Shown piece by piece: positions 1 through 8,844 of a stretch of DNA of 49,614 bases. This DNA is from a virus (taxonomy: Duplodnaviria > Caudoviricetes). Made by a program: the position numbers and the translations under genes. The stretch spans positions 1 through 49,614 of the IMG/VR virus record IMGVR_UViG_3300050156_000142; one strand, written 5' to 3'. Every line of letters starts with the position of its first letter. The stretch's first letter is position 1. The notes beneath the pieces are model-generated. The model was given only the letters and a program-made list of their open reading frames with translations, was not told the DNA's origin and did not search any database.

Positions 1-24
1 TTTCACCCCTCCTCCTCCTTTTTA

Positions 25-1629
25 TCACAGGCCGTTTCTGGCCAACTCTTCTTTTGCCTTCTCAGGGAGTTGGTCCGCTAATGCCCGGAAAAGCTTCAGT
101 TGAACTTCGGTATCCACAAGCATGAAACTCTCTTCTACGATTCGGCTGAGCATAGAAGTATCCCCGATCAGCACTTCGAGAGACTGGTCAATTGTAGTGT
201 AGGCTTCAGCTACGTCTACTCCATGGTTACAAGCAATGGTATCAAAGTCTGCAGGGATGCTTTCCCCTAGGTAGGCAGGAGGCTCATCTCCGTTCGTCAA
301 GTAGTCTTCTGCCTGATCAGACAAAAGGTCTTCTTGAGATTGACGACGCGCCATGGCATGCATCCTGGAGATAGGATCCATTCCGTAGAATGAACCATCA
401 TCTTCGCTTTCTTCAAGATTACTCAAAGAAGATGCAGAGGTCTTACCTTCTGCCAGATCACGGATCCAGCCGGGGACTTCATCTTTTTCCGACCCAGAAG
501 AGATCCCCTTCTTATCTAGGCCGACGCTTTTTCCCATCGAACTCCGGCCGGTACCCGCTGATTTTCCAGGAACCTCTACTCCAAGCTTTTTCAGCTCAGC
601 TTCTTGCTGGGAGAAAAGGCCTTCGGATTTGGCGGACTGGTCTGCCGGGTAGCGACGGGAAACTCTACCTATCGCCCCAGTATCCTGCCCTACATCTGCT
701 CCATTCATTGATTGAGAGTATCGACCTTCTCCTGGAGGAGAAAACGGGTAGGATCCTTCACCGACTTTTGAAGAAAACCCTGTGCTACCGCCTGAGGTTA
801 AAGCTCCAGGTTTACCTTTTCGGAAAGCAGGAGGGATAACCCTACTTCCGTAGGCAGAGCGCTCCGATGCTTGGTCCACGTTTTTGGTAATACGGGTAGA
901 TGCTTTACCAAGGGTAGGAACATCCTTGCCGATCTTATCCAGCCATTCCTGAGGAGCCTCGGCTTCATCAAAGATATCGGAAACGCTTACTTCAAAGAAG
1001 TTGCCAAGATAGCAGAACCTCCACTTCTCGTCCTGCACCGGACTGGCATTGTGACCGATCACGCCTGAATATCGGATACTGTTTCGGTCATCGTTATCGT
1101 CAGTGCCGCTAAAGAATGCATTGAAGTTGGCGTGGGAGTGAATGTCTACAATGATCCGGCAACCTTCCGGGATTTTGGAAGGGTCATATCGAGCAGAAGC
1201 CCCCCCGACGGTTTGGTCTGGAACCTCCAGGAAGTATCCTCGATCCGGACCCCAGAGAATCCAGATCATTGCTTCCACGTTGGACTTTTTGTGAATGATC
1301 ACTCGACGAAAGAAGTTCTTTACCTCCTGGAGCAGCTTCAGAGGAATCTTCCCAGCAGGAAGGAAGTTTGCCTCATTGCTGTAAGTCTTCATTGCCGTCC
1401 CGGGGATGGAAGGCACTTTACTGCGTACATATCGACGCATGCCGTCTTTACCAGGGGTCAGCATATGTTGCTTCTGAATCCCATCTGCTCCGATGATGTA
1501 GATGGTTTGATAGCCCTGTTGAATTGCCTCTTCGAGAGGATCAACAGGGTGAACAACATCAGAGCGACTGAGGTTACTCTCTAGTAGGGCATGCACAATG
1601 CACGAAATGTGAGGAACTAGTATTTGCAC
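25..1629 (-). CDS. Prokaryotic JAB/MPN+ metallo-isopeptidase (PRTRC protein A-like) with long low-complexity C-terminal tail
   Basis: JAMM motif E(VEAM)...DIHSHANFNAFFSGTDDNDD; upstream GKIP..LL....FFR segment typical of Prok-JAB; GTG start with AAGGA SD. Confidence 0.85.
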   Translation of the reverse strand: MQILVPHISCIVHALLESNLSRSDVVHPVDPLEEAIQQGYQTIYIIGADGIQKQHMLTPGKDGMRRYVRSKVPSIPGTAMKTYSNEANFLPAGKIPLKLLQEVKNFFRRVIIHKKSNVEAMIWILWGPDRGYFLEVPDQTVGGASARYDPSKIPEGCRIIVDIHSHANFNAFFSGTDDNDDRNSIRYSGVIGHNASPVQDEKWRFCYLGNFFEVSVSDIFDEAEAPQEWLDKIGKDVPTLGKASTRITKNVDQASERSAYGSRVIPPAFRKGKPGALTSGGSTGFSSKVGEGSYPFSPPGEGRYSQSMNGADVGQDTGAIGRVSRRYPADQSAKSEGLFSQQEAELKKLGVEVPGKSAGTGRSSMGKSVGLDKKGISSGSEKDEVPGWIRDLAEGKTSASSLSNLEESEDDGSFYGMDPISRMHAMARRQSQEDLLSDQAEDYLTNGDEPPAYLGESIPADFDTIACNHGVDVAEAYTTIDQSLEVLIGDTSMLSRIVEESFMLVDTEVQLKLFRALADQLPEKAKEELARNGL

Positions 1630-1651
1630 GGTTTTTCCTTTCTATGCAAAA

Positions 1652-1682
1652 TTCTTATACCAAAAATTCCAGTAATTTGGAA
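1652..1682 (-). promoter_or_regulatory. Phage-specific promoter copy 1 (TTCCAA-N17-TATAAG, core TGGTATAAGAA)
   Basis: Exact 11-mer TTCTTATACCA at 1652-1662, one of five intergenic copies; upstream of JAB gene. Confidence 0.75.
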
Positions 1683-1718
1683 TTAAACTTGGCGTGGATT
1701 GGTACAGACTACTTCGAT

Positions 1719-2627
1719 TCAGAAGGCCAGCTTATTGTAAGGGAAGGATCTTCCTTCTTGCGCCAGCTCGGCTAAGTGTTCAAACCAGTCTGCTACAGAA
1801 TAACTAGACCTTGGCCGCAACGCGTTAATACCTAGATCGTTGTTGAAAGGGGCAGAGAACAGAACTTCGTAGTGAGAATGGAGACCTTTAAGGTCTGACC
1901 CCTTGAACTCCCTGGTTACAATGTTATTTCCATAACACAAGTTTCCAGACTCGTAGACGTTCGTAAAAGGAAGAAGTGCAACTGAGCCCCCGGGACGTTC
2001 ATAGAACTTCAGAGGCAATGCACCTCGACTCAGGTTTGTGCAAAGAAACCTGGTCTGAGTAATTTTCCAATTCTTAGAGCTGTTTGCTCGGGTCAAGATA
2101 TGGGAAATTACAATGTTAGGGTGAACCCTGGGACGGCGATCTGCAAAGTAGGCAATATCCCGAACCCCTTCTGGGTAGTAAAACGAAATTCGAATTTCAG
2201 TCTCACTGGTACTGAAGTAGAACAGGTTATTGGGGAGCTGCCAAACCGTCGCAGGTTCTTTTTTAGCATCTCCTAGAAGCAAAACAGCTTCCTGTAAGAA
2301 GTCTTGGTAGCATACCAACTTTGTTCGACCGCCCGGTAGGTATACTCGAACCAAGCCATCTAAGAAGTCTACCGATACTCCTTGTAGAGGAACAGTTGGG
2401 TTAGCGTTGTCAAAACTTTCAATGAATTCAGCCTCAGGGGAACGGATCACATCCTTTATTTCTAAAGGAACCGTTTCGGTTTTAACCTTAGACAAGGCTC
2501 GTTCTATTAAGCCAGGGGCTTGAGGAGAGGCGGCGGGAGGGTTAAGATGCTGAGGGTAAGATACGGGACTTCCAGTATTAACTTCCCCAGGAACGCTTGT
2601 TGCGTCAGACAATAAAGTAGCAGACAT
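1719..2627 (-). CDS. Prokaryotic E2-like Ubl-conjugating enzyme (Prok-E2 family D / PRTRC protein B-like)
   Basis: LPFTNVYESGNLCYG motif with candidate catalytic Cys, followed by F.APFNNDL; adjacent to JAB and Ubl genes. Confidence 0.75.
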   Translation of the reverse strand: MSATLLSDATSVPGEVNTGSPVSYPQHLNPPAASPQAPGLIERALSKVKTETVPLEIKDVIRSPEAEFIESFDNANPTVPLQGVSVDFLDGLVRVYLPGGRTKLVCYQDFLQEAVLLLGDAKKEPATVWQLPNNLFYFSTSETEIRISFYYPEGVRDIAYFADRRPRVHPNIVISHILTRANSSKNWKITQTRFLCTNLSRGALPLKFYERPGGSVALLPFTNVYESGNLCYGNNIVTREFKGSDLKGLHSHYEVLFSAPFNNDLGINALRPRSSYSVADWFEHLAELAQEGRSFPYNKLAF

Positions 2628-2657
2628 GGTGAACTTTCCTAGTGGTTAGAGGGTTGA

Positions 2658-3104
2658 TCAGATAAAGTCTTCGTCTTCCATAGGTATTTCCGGAAGAGAT
2701 ACCAGTACTTTTGGAAGAAGAGCTGTTACCTTTTTGAACACTGGACTAATCGGCCCCGGAGAAGATATAAGAGTCGAGTTCTTCTTAGAAGCCCCCGGGT
2801 TAGAAGTTTGACCAGAGGCCTCCCAAGCCCAAATACTGGTTAGGGTAATCTCAAACTCCCTAACTGCTTGTTGGTATTCCCTTAAAAGACTGTGATACTC
2901 TAGGTACGTAGGGTGATATCCGCCGTCTTGGAACACAGGACATCCTAGGTCCTCTCGAATTGCTACGGCAGCGTTTAACCGGGAGTGAAGGGCTTCTACT
3001 TTTGTTTTTGCAGATAGGTAGCCTTCTCCTAGGTAGGAACCTGTACTTCCAGCAGTACTATTAGGTAGGCTCACTAGCCGTTGAAAAAAGGATTGAGTTT
3101 TCAC
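2658..3104 (-). CDS. Hypothetical protein in Ubl cassette
   Basis: ORF; GTG at 3104 has GGAG SD 9 nt upstream (track start TTG 3119 has none). Confidence 0.55.
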   Translation of the reverse strand: MKTQSFFQRLVSLPNSTAGSTGSYLGEGYLSAKTKVEALHSRLNAAVAIREDLGCPVFQDGGYHPTYLEYHSLLREYQQAVREFEITLTSIWAWEASGQTSNPGASKKNSTLISSPGPISPVFKKVTALLPKVLVSLPEIPMEDEDFI

Positions 3105-4200
3105 TTGAAGTTTCTCCAAACACGCTTAAGGTTTGTAGTATCCGGAAGTACTCTTCGGAGTACAGGCTAAGTAAGGGTTGACGCGTACCTTGCTGAAGAA
3201 CTAGGTTATGAGAAGCTGCGCTCATATTCCGCTCAATCACACGGGACTCTTTCCAAGGGTCTGACATGACTAAGGGGTGGTTGAGGGGTAAATTAGAGGT
3301 AACCTGCCTCTCTGCCTCAAAAATATCCCCGCCTTCTTCTTGAAAGAGGAGGTTTCTAATAGGAGAAAAGAGTTCAAAAGTACCCTCCTGATGGACCCTG
3401 GAAATATCTCCCCTGGCTTTACTCAAACTCGTTGCTTGAACTTTCCTGGAATATAGGCAATCAAGAACTTCCCCCGGTAGATCATAGACCTTTAACCCGG
3501 TGAAATTCTCTATTGCAGTTGAGGTACAATGTCGTATCCCATTTACCTTAAATATGGTAACCTTACCTTTTACATACACAATCTCTTCCGGAAGAGTATC
3601 GGAGACGTATCGTACTATCCAGTTGGCTATTTGACCTACTTCCAATTTAGCTATAAGGTTTAAGGTGCCACTACTGCCAATATTCAGCTGCAGGGTTAGT
3701 GCCAACTCCGCATCTATCTTGTTTCTCCATATTACCCTCTGAAGTTTGCATACATATGCATATAGCCGCTTCAGCTTCTGCATTGCATAGTCCAGGTCCT
3801 TAGGCTTGAAGTCTAATTTAATCAGGACGCGAATCGTCACAAGACCTTCAGATACGTTAGAACTTATTACGTCAGGGAGACTGGTAGAGGAGACTGTTGG
3901 GGAAACAGAATGGCCTCTTAGAAGGGCGGCTATCTCGGCGTTTAGTAACCGGAATGTGTTATTCCCGGAAATCGTCCCAGGGAGTCCGTCCATAAGTGTC
4001 TTGGAATGCCCAACTATTGTCCGATACTGAACTGTGTCCGAATAGTCACGAAGAGCTTGCTTAGAGAGACTATCCTTGGGTCTAGGATCAAGCAACTTGC
4101 TGAAATTAGTGTATTCTTGAACCCCTAGAAGAACACTTCCTTCTGCGGGGGATCTCAGTTTCTGAACTTGAGCTTCGTAGTCTGTTTGAGTAGATTCCAT
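3061..4200 (-). CDS. Hypothetical protein in Ubl cassette
   Basis: Long ORF; ATG at 4200 with AGGTG SD; no recognisable motif. Confidence 0.65.
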   Translation of the reverse strand: MESTQTDYEAQVQKLRSPAEGSVLLGVQEYTNFSKLLDPRPKDSLSKQALRDYSDTVQYRTIVGHSKTLMDGLPGTISGNNTFRLLNAEIAALLRGHSVSPTVSSTSLPDVISSNVSEGLVTIRVLIKLDFKPKDLDYAMQKLKRLYAYVCKLQRVIWRNKIDAELALTLQLNIGSSGTLNLIAKLEVGQIANWIVRYVSDTLPEEIVYVKGKVTIFKVNGIRHCTSTAIENFTGLKVYDLPGEVLDCLYSRKVQATSLSKARGDISRVHQEGTFELFSPIRNLLFQEEGGDIFEAERQVTSNLPLNHPLVMSDPWKESRVIERNMSAASHNLVLQQGTRQPLLSLYSEEYFRILQTLSVFGETSSENSILFSTASEPT

Positions 4201-4241
4201 ATTTTCACCTGCCCGAGTAGGCACTTGTAAATAGATTGGCT

Positions 4242-4267
4242 AAAAAAAGCGAGGTTAAACCCTCGCT
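4242..4267 (-). terminator. Intrinsic terminator after Ubl gene
   Basis: AGCGAGG-GTTTAA-CCTCGCT followed by T-run on minus strand. Confidence 0.75.
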
Positions 4268-4287
4268 CTTCTTCAGACCCGCTGAGG

Positions 4288-4497
4288 TCAGCCCTTATTG
4301 CCGCTACGAGCGGTAAAGGTGACTACACGGACATCACCATCCGGGCCGGTTTGGACTTGCTCGCTGCTAGCATAACTAGCAATATTGTCGATGGTACCGG
4401 TGTACATCGTGACAATTTGAGCAGCCGAGTAATCACCGGGGATCAGATATTCGGTATCGGTGGGGACGACTCTAATTTGGGTCTTGATAACAGCCAT
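4288..4497 (-). CDS. Small ubiquitin-like (beta-grasp) protein, PRTRC protein C-like
   Basis: 69 aa ending VTFTARSGNKG-stop, resembling the GxKG C-terminus of PRTRC-C/Prok-Ub; AAGGA SD; heads E2/JAB cluster. Confidence 0.75.
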   Translation of the reverse strand: MAVIKTQIRVVPTDTEYLIPGDYSAAQIVTMYTGTIDNIASYASSEQVQTGPDGDVRVVTFTARSGNKG

Positions 4498-4570
4498 GGT
4501 TTTTCCTTACAAAAGTGAGAACGTTCTACGAAAGACAAGGAGTTACAAATGGTATTTCTCCCTGGCACTT

Positions 4571-4601
4571 TTCTTATACCACGTTTTTGCAAAATATTGA
4601 A
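4571..4601 (-). promoter_or_regulatory. Phage-specific promoter copy 2 (TTCAAT-N17-TATAAG)
   Basis: TTCTTATACCA at 4571-4581; upstream of Ubl gene. Confidence 0.75.
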
Positions 4602-4624
4602 TTTTCAAAGTTGCTTAAACAAAG

Positions 4625-4633
4625 TGCTACAAT
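4625..4633 (+). promoter_or_regulatory. Extended -10 promoter (TGcTACAAT), leaderless terminase mRNA
   Basis: -10 hexamer ends 6 nt before ATG 4640; no SD. Confidence 0.6.
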
Positions 4634-4639
4634 CCAGAT

Positions 4640-6250
4640 ATGGCTTTGGAAATTAGACCGTCTCAACTTGCACAGGCAATCTTGCAGCTAAAGGGGAAAG
4701 CGCTGGACCTCTCAGAGTACAAGCCGTTTGAACTGGTGTATGACGTGTCCCCTCGCACCCTCGTCGCATGCTGTGGTCGACAGATTGGTAAGTCTGTGAG
4801 TTTGGCAAGCTCTATCATTTCCAACTCCATTATTCGAAGCTTTTACTCAACACTATTCGTCAGCCCACTTTCACAGCAGACCTCTCGGTTCTCTTCCCAA
4901 TACTTAGAGCCTTTTATTAACTCTAGGATTGTTCGCAGTCACTTCGTAGATTCTTCTTCGAAGAAGAACGTGTTCCTGAGAACGTTTAATAACGGATCGT
5001 CCGTGACGCTAGCTTATGCAGAAACAGAGCAGGACGCCGACCGGGTTCGGGGGGTAGCAGCAGACTGCATGTACTATGACGAAGTTCAGGACGCCTCCTT
5101 GGAAGCTATTCCTATTCTGGAAGAAACCCTGTCCGCTTCAAAGTTCAGGTATCGAAGATTTACAGGTACTGCCAAAGGAGAGGCTAATACTTTAACCATT
5201 CTCTTCAAGCAGTCAAACATGATGGAGTGGGTAGTCAAGTGCCCCCATTGCGGCAAGCATACTATCCCTAACGACTTTGAAACCTGCATGAAGATCATGA
5301 TGGGTAGCCCATTAGGGCCTGCATGTGCCCATTGTGCTAAGCCGATTGACATGAAGACTGGAGTATGGCTGGCAGCTCACCCCTCAATCAAGCATAACCT
5401 CGGAGTACACATTCCACAGTTCAGTATTCCAGCTAGAACTACTCCTAAGGACTGGGGGGAACTGGTGGATAAGGCAAAGCGGTACGACCATGTCAAGTTA
5501 AGCAATGAAGTGTTCGGACTCCCAGTAGGTGCAGGGGGGAGACCTCTTTCCTTGCGCGACGTCATGGGGGTCTGTAATCCGATTTACACCAAGTTTGCAA
5601 CGGAGTTTCCCAAAGATGCCAGAAACATCATTGCCACAGTACTTGGGGTGGATTGGAGTTGTACCGGATCAAGTAAGAGCTACACTGTAGCCACTGTATT
5701 GGGATATGACTTTACAGGGAAGTGCTACATTCTGTATGCAGAGAAGCTTGACGGAATAGATATCCTCTCCCAGGTCGATAAAGTCATCAAGCTGTTTCAT
5801 AGATTTCAATGTTCTCACTTAGCTTCCGACCGAGGGGTCGGGGTTCTTCAGGGTCAACTGATGAAACGAGCTTTGGGGCCAGAGAAGGTCTCGATGATTA
5901 ACTATGTTGCAGCTAAGACTAATCTTAGATATGACAGGGATGGTGACTTTTTTGCGGCAGACCGGACACTGGCAATTGACACGGTAATCATTAAGATTAA
6001 GATGGGTCTAACAAAGATTGAAGCCCCTGCCTGGGACATTATGGATCCACTTTGGCAGGATGCCCTCCATATCTTTGAGGAAGAGTCTCATTCAGGCAGA
6101 CGACTCTACCGGAAGGACGAAGATGCCTGTGATGACTTTCTACATTCCTTGGTTTTTGCAAACTTAGCTTTCATGATCTTGAATAACGAATTCGTGTACC
6201 AAGAAAAAGACGCAGTTGCAGATACCACCTTTAAGCTGGATATCTTTTAA
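4640..6250 (+). CDS. terL: Terminase large subunit (gpA-like)
   Basis: Walker A GRQIGKS, Walker B YYDEVQ, motif III FTGT, CPHC/CAHC zinc pair, nuclease GVDW and DDFLHS. Confidence 0.9.
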   Translation: MALEIRPSQLAQAILQLKGKALDLSEYKPFELVYDVSPRTLVACCGRQIGKSVSLASSIISNSIIRSFYSTLFVSPLSQQTSRFSSQYLEPFINSRIVRSHFVDSSSKKNVFLRTFNNGSSVTLAYAETEQDADRVRGVAADCMYYDEVQDASLEAIPILEETLSASKFRYRRFTGTAKGEANTLTILFKQSNMMEWVVKCPHCGKHTIPNDFETCMKIMMGSPLGPACAHCAKPIDMKTGVWLAAHPSIKHNLGVHIPQFSIPARTTPKDWGELVDKAKRYDHVKLSNEVFGLPVGAGGRPLSLRDVMGVCNPIYTKFATEFPKDARNIIATVLGVDWSCTGSSKSYTVATVLGYDFTGKCYILYAEKLDGIDILSQVDKVIKLFHRFQCSHLASDRGVGVLQGQLMKRALGPEKVSMINYVAAKTNLRYDRDGDFFAADRTLAIDTVIIKIKMGLTKIEAPAWDIMDPLWQDALHIFEEESHSGRRLYRKDEDACDDFLHSLVFANLAFMILNNEFVYQEKDAVADTTFKLDIF

Positions 6251-6253
6251 ACG

Positions 6254-6283
6254 TTGACATCCTGCCCAGGTTCCTGTTAGAAT
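6254..6283 (+). promoter_or_regulatory. Sigma70-like promoter TTGACA-N18-TAGAAT with extended TG
   Basis: Near-consensus hexamers upstream of tail chaperone. Confidence 0.7.
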
Positions 6284-6360
6284 CGAAAAGACTCTCATTC
6301 GTACGCCTTATCCAACCCCAACCCCTGTCTCACTTTTAATCCACAACCTCCTTACACCTC

Positions 6361-6918
6361 ATGTCAGACTTTGAATTCACCCCTACTTCTCCTGCCGCTA
6401 AGCCTGCCCGAAACAAAGCCCCGGCAAAGGAAAAGTCTCCTGAAGACTTTCAACTCAGACCTCCTACTCAGACTCAATCAGGAGCGCTTCCTGAAACGGC
6501 TGACCTTGAAGGAACTGAAGAGAAATTGAAGGAGCCTCTGTACTCCCAAGAAGAGCTTCTGAGGATCTTCGACGAGATCATCTTTTCCGGAGAATATACT
6601 GAGGATATTAACATTCGCGGTAGACTTCATGTAACCTTCCGTACCCGCACAGCTGAGGATCATAGTGCTGTGCAACGAGCCATTGATAGTTCGGGATTTA
6701 ACTTAGTGTCTTCTGTAGAAGATCTACGTTCCTTGATGAACCTGCAATACGCAATTGTTAAGTATCAGCAGCGTGACCTGTCTTTGCTCAGCGAAGAAGA
6801 GCGTCTGAAGTTTGTAAAGAGACTCCCTGGCCCCGTAGTAGGCGCTCTACTAATTGCACTGAACAAGTTTGACTATAAGGTTGCCTTGGCCTGTCAAGAA
6901 GGCCAGGAAAATTTCTAA
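6361..6918 (+). CDS. Tail assembly chaperone (gpG-like)
   Basis: Ends ENF-stop on slippery heptamer A AAT TTC; lies upstream of tape-measure-like gene. Confidence 0.65.
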   Translation: MSDFEFTPTSPAAKPARNKAPAKEKSPEDFQLRPPTQTQSGALPETADLEGTEEKLKEPLYSQEELLRIFDEIIFSGEYTEDINIRGRLHVTFRTRTAEDHSAVQRAIDSSGFNLVSSVEDLRSLMNLQYAIVKYQQRDLSLLSEEERLKFVKRLPGPVVGALLIALNKFDYKVALACQEGQENF

Positions 6919-7313
6919 AACAACCCTGGGCACTGCAACGATTACAGCTGCACTTCCGAGGGGTAGAGGTACCTGCTCTTGGAAGCCCCAGGGATATCAT
7001 CTATAGAGGGTACCTTACTCATGAAGCTAGAATAGAAGCTAAGAAGTATCAGCTTCAACTGATGACTACGATTGCAACCCCGACGTTTACGGATGAAGGG
7101 AATCGTAGGACTTGGAATAAGATGGCTCAGCGTAACTTCGAAGAAATGATTGCTTTGATGCAAGGTCAAGAACTTCCAGAAGGTAACCCTGAAGAGGAAA
7201 AGATGCTTGAGTTTTACGAGAAGAGCGTTAAGAAGTCTGCACCTAAGATTACCAAGACTAAGGACGGTAAACTGGTTGTTACTGACCTGCCAAAAGCTTT
7301 GAATGCTGATTAA
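6909..7313 (+). CDS. -1 frameshift extension of tail chaperone (gpGT-like, fused product ~317 aa)
   Basis: -1 frame open from the heptamer at 6909-6915 (FLKQPWALQRLQLHFRG...) into the 7062..7313 ORF. Confidence 0.7.
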   Translation, partial: KFLKQPWALQRLQLHFRGVEVPALGSPRDIIYRGYLTHEARIEAKKYQLQLMTTIATPTFTDEGNRRTWNKMAQRNFEEMIALMQGQELPEGNPEEEKMLEFYEKSVKKSAPKITKTKDGKLVVTDLPKALNAD

Positions 7314-7342
7314 AAAAAGCCTAGACATTCTCTAGGCTTTTT
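7314..7342. terminator. Bidirectional intrinsic terminator
   Basis: AAAAAGCCTAGA-CATTC-TCTAGGCTTTTT between convergent genes. Confidence 0.8.
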
Positions 7343-7389
7343 ATTCTTTATAGGTAGAAACCCAATACTCACCGGCAGGGGATTGGAAT

Positions 7390-8685
7390 TCAAAACACCA
7401 GCGAGTCCAGGCCCATTGCTGTCAGGTTAAGCAATTGGAAATTGCCGATTGAGACTGCGAAACTGTCAGCGTTGGCCCAAGAAAAACTAAGGCTTGGCTT
7501 AAGCGTAGTTGTGCCAGCGGGAACTGCGAACACCGAGGCAATCTCGCCGCTGTAACCGCTCTGGTACGGGGCAAACACGTATGAAACCGGCGTGTTGCTT
7601 TGGTTTCTGATTTCGACATTGACCCGGCTGTTGACTCCTGACGAGTCCTTGACCTTTGCCACAAACAACATCTTGTCGCCAACTGCAAACCCGCTGCTGA
7701 TACTCAGGCCGTAGCCGGCAGCACCTGCACCGGATGCAGCGGCCACTGTCGCAGTGATCCAGTTTCCATAGGGCAGGTCGGCACCGACTGCTGCGCTGGT
7801 GGCCAGCGAGACAAACCCAGCTGCACCGTAGTTGATTGCCCATCCCGTTGTATTTGGCGCGTCAGGACGTGGCACTAGGCCCCACCCAGCAGACGTGCCA
7901 TCCACCAGCGGCAGCAGACCAGGCGGCCTTAGCTTGGCATTTGCTGCCGCACCCACCGCCAGAGCCGCCTTGATGTGGCCCGCGTCCGACATATGGGTGC
8001 CATCGCCCGAATCATTTGCAGAGGCCAGATATCCCGTCGCTGTGTCCACCAACGCGGCATGAATCTCTGCGAGGGCGAGATTGTTTTTCGCTGCGAACCA
8101 TCTCAGCCAAAGATTGTATTGATCGATGGTCTTGTGTACTGATGCTGCTGCTGTACTGCTGCGCGGCGGAACGGTGCAAACCTGCACCGACAACCCGGCC
8201 GCTTGCAGGGTTGTCACGATCAGCGCGTAGTTTTCGGCAAACCCACCCGCACCAAACAGCGATACAGGCACGCTTGCATCGTTGGTGCCGATCAACAAAT
8301 TGACCCGCGTTGCGCCGGCCGCTTGCGCAGTCGCCACGATGGCCGACAAACGGGTAACCACGTCGGCGGTTTTGTTTCCAGCCACGCCAGCATTTGAGTA
8401 CCCGATGACACGTGCCGATCCAATGACCTGCATTGCGGATGGGGCAAAGGCGGTTGTGCTGGCGTTGCTAGCCCCGGCTCCGACCGTGTGGGAGTCCCCG
8501 ACCATGATCCAGAAATCACGCGCCCCGGAGAACAGTGTGGAGCGCAGAGCGGCCATTGTCCCACCCCCTGACACCGGGGATCCAGAAGGTCCGATAAGAC
8601 TTCCGTCAGACTTCACCCCAGCTACGCCGGTCACTCCAGCAGCTTGCTGGGCGGAGGTAAGGGTGGCAATGTTTTTGTAACTCAT
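7390..8685 (-). CDS. SGNH/GDSL esterase with C-terminal beta-sandwich (carbohydrate-binding-like) domain
   Basis: Blocks GDSHT, NAGVAG, GTND, DGTH; GC-rich relative to flanks. Confidence 0.85.
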   Translation of the reverse strand: MSYKNIATLTSAQQAAGVTGVAGVKSDGSLIGPSGSPVSGGGTMAALRSTLFSGARDFWIMVGDSHTVGAGASNASTTAFAPSAMQVIGSARVIGYSNAGVAGNKTADVVTRLSAIVATAQAAGATRVNLLIGTNDASVPVSLFGAGGFAENYALIVTTLQAAGLSVQVCTVPPRSSTAAASVHKTIDQYNLWLRWFAAKNNLALAEIHAALVDTATGYLASANDSGDGTHMSDAGHIKAALAVGAAANAKLRPPGLLPLVDGTSAGWGLVPRPDAPNTTGWAINYGAAGFVSLATSAAVGADLPYGNWITATVAAASGAGAAGYGLSISSGFAVGDKMLFVAKVKDSSGVNSRVNVEIRNQSNTPVSYVFAPYQSGYSGEIASVFAVPAGTTTLKPSLSFSWANADSFAVSIGNFQLLNLTAMGLDSLVF

Positions 8686-8844
8686 TTTTGGGTTTATGGG
8701 GTAAATTAGACCTGTTTATTTTAAGACAAAGAGAACCTTTGCTGGCGACCGGCATCAACTGCGGTCAGCCTTATGATTTTAGCGCTTAAAGACCAGCCCC
8801 CTCCCGTCTCTCTAAAATCTAAATAAGTTTCACATAGACCCCTC

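Noticed and set aside
3061-3119. Possible +1 frameshift (CTT TTT T) joining the two unknown ORFs
   Set aside because: The downstream ORF has a GTG at 3104 with a well-spaced GGAG SD, so independent initiation is simpler
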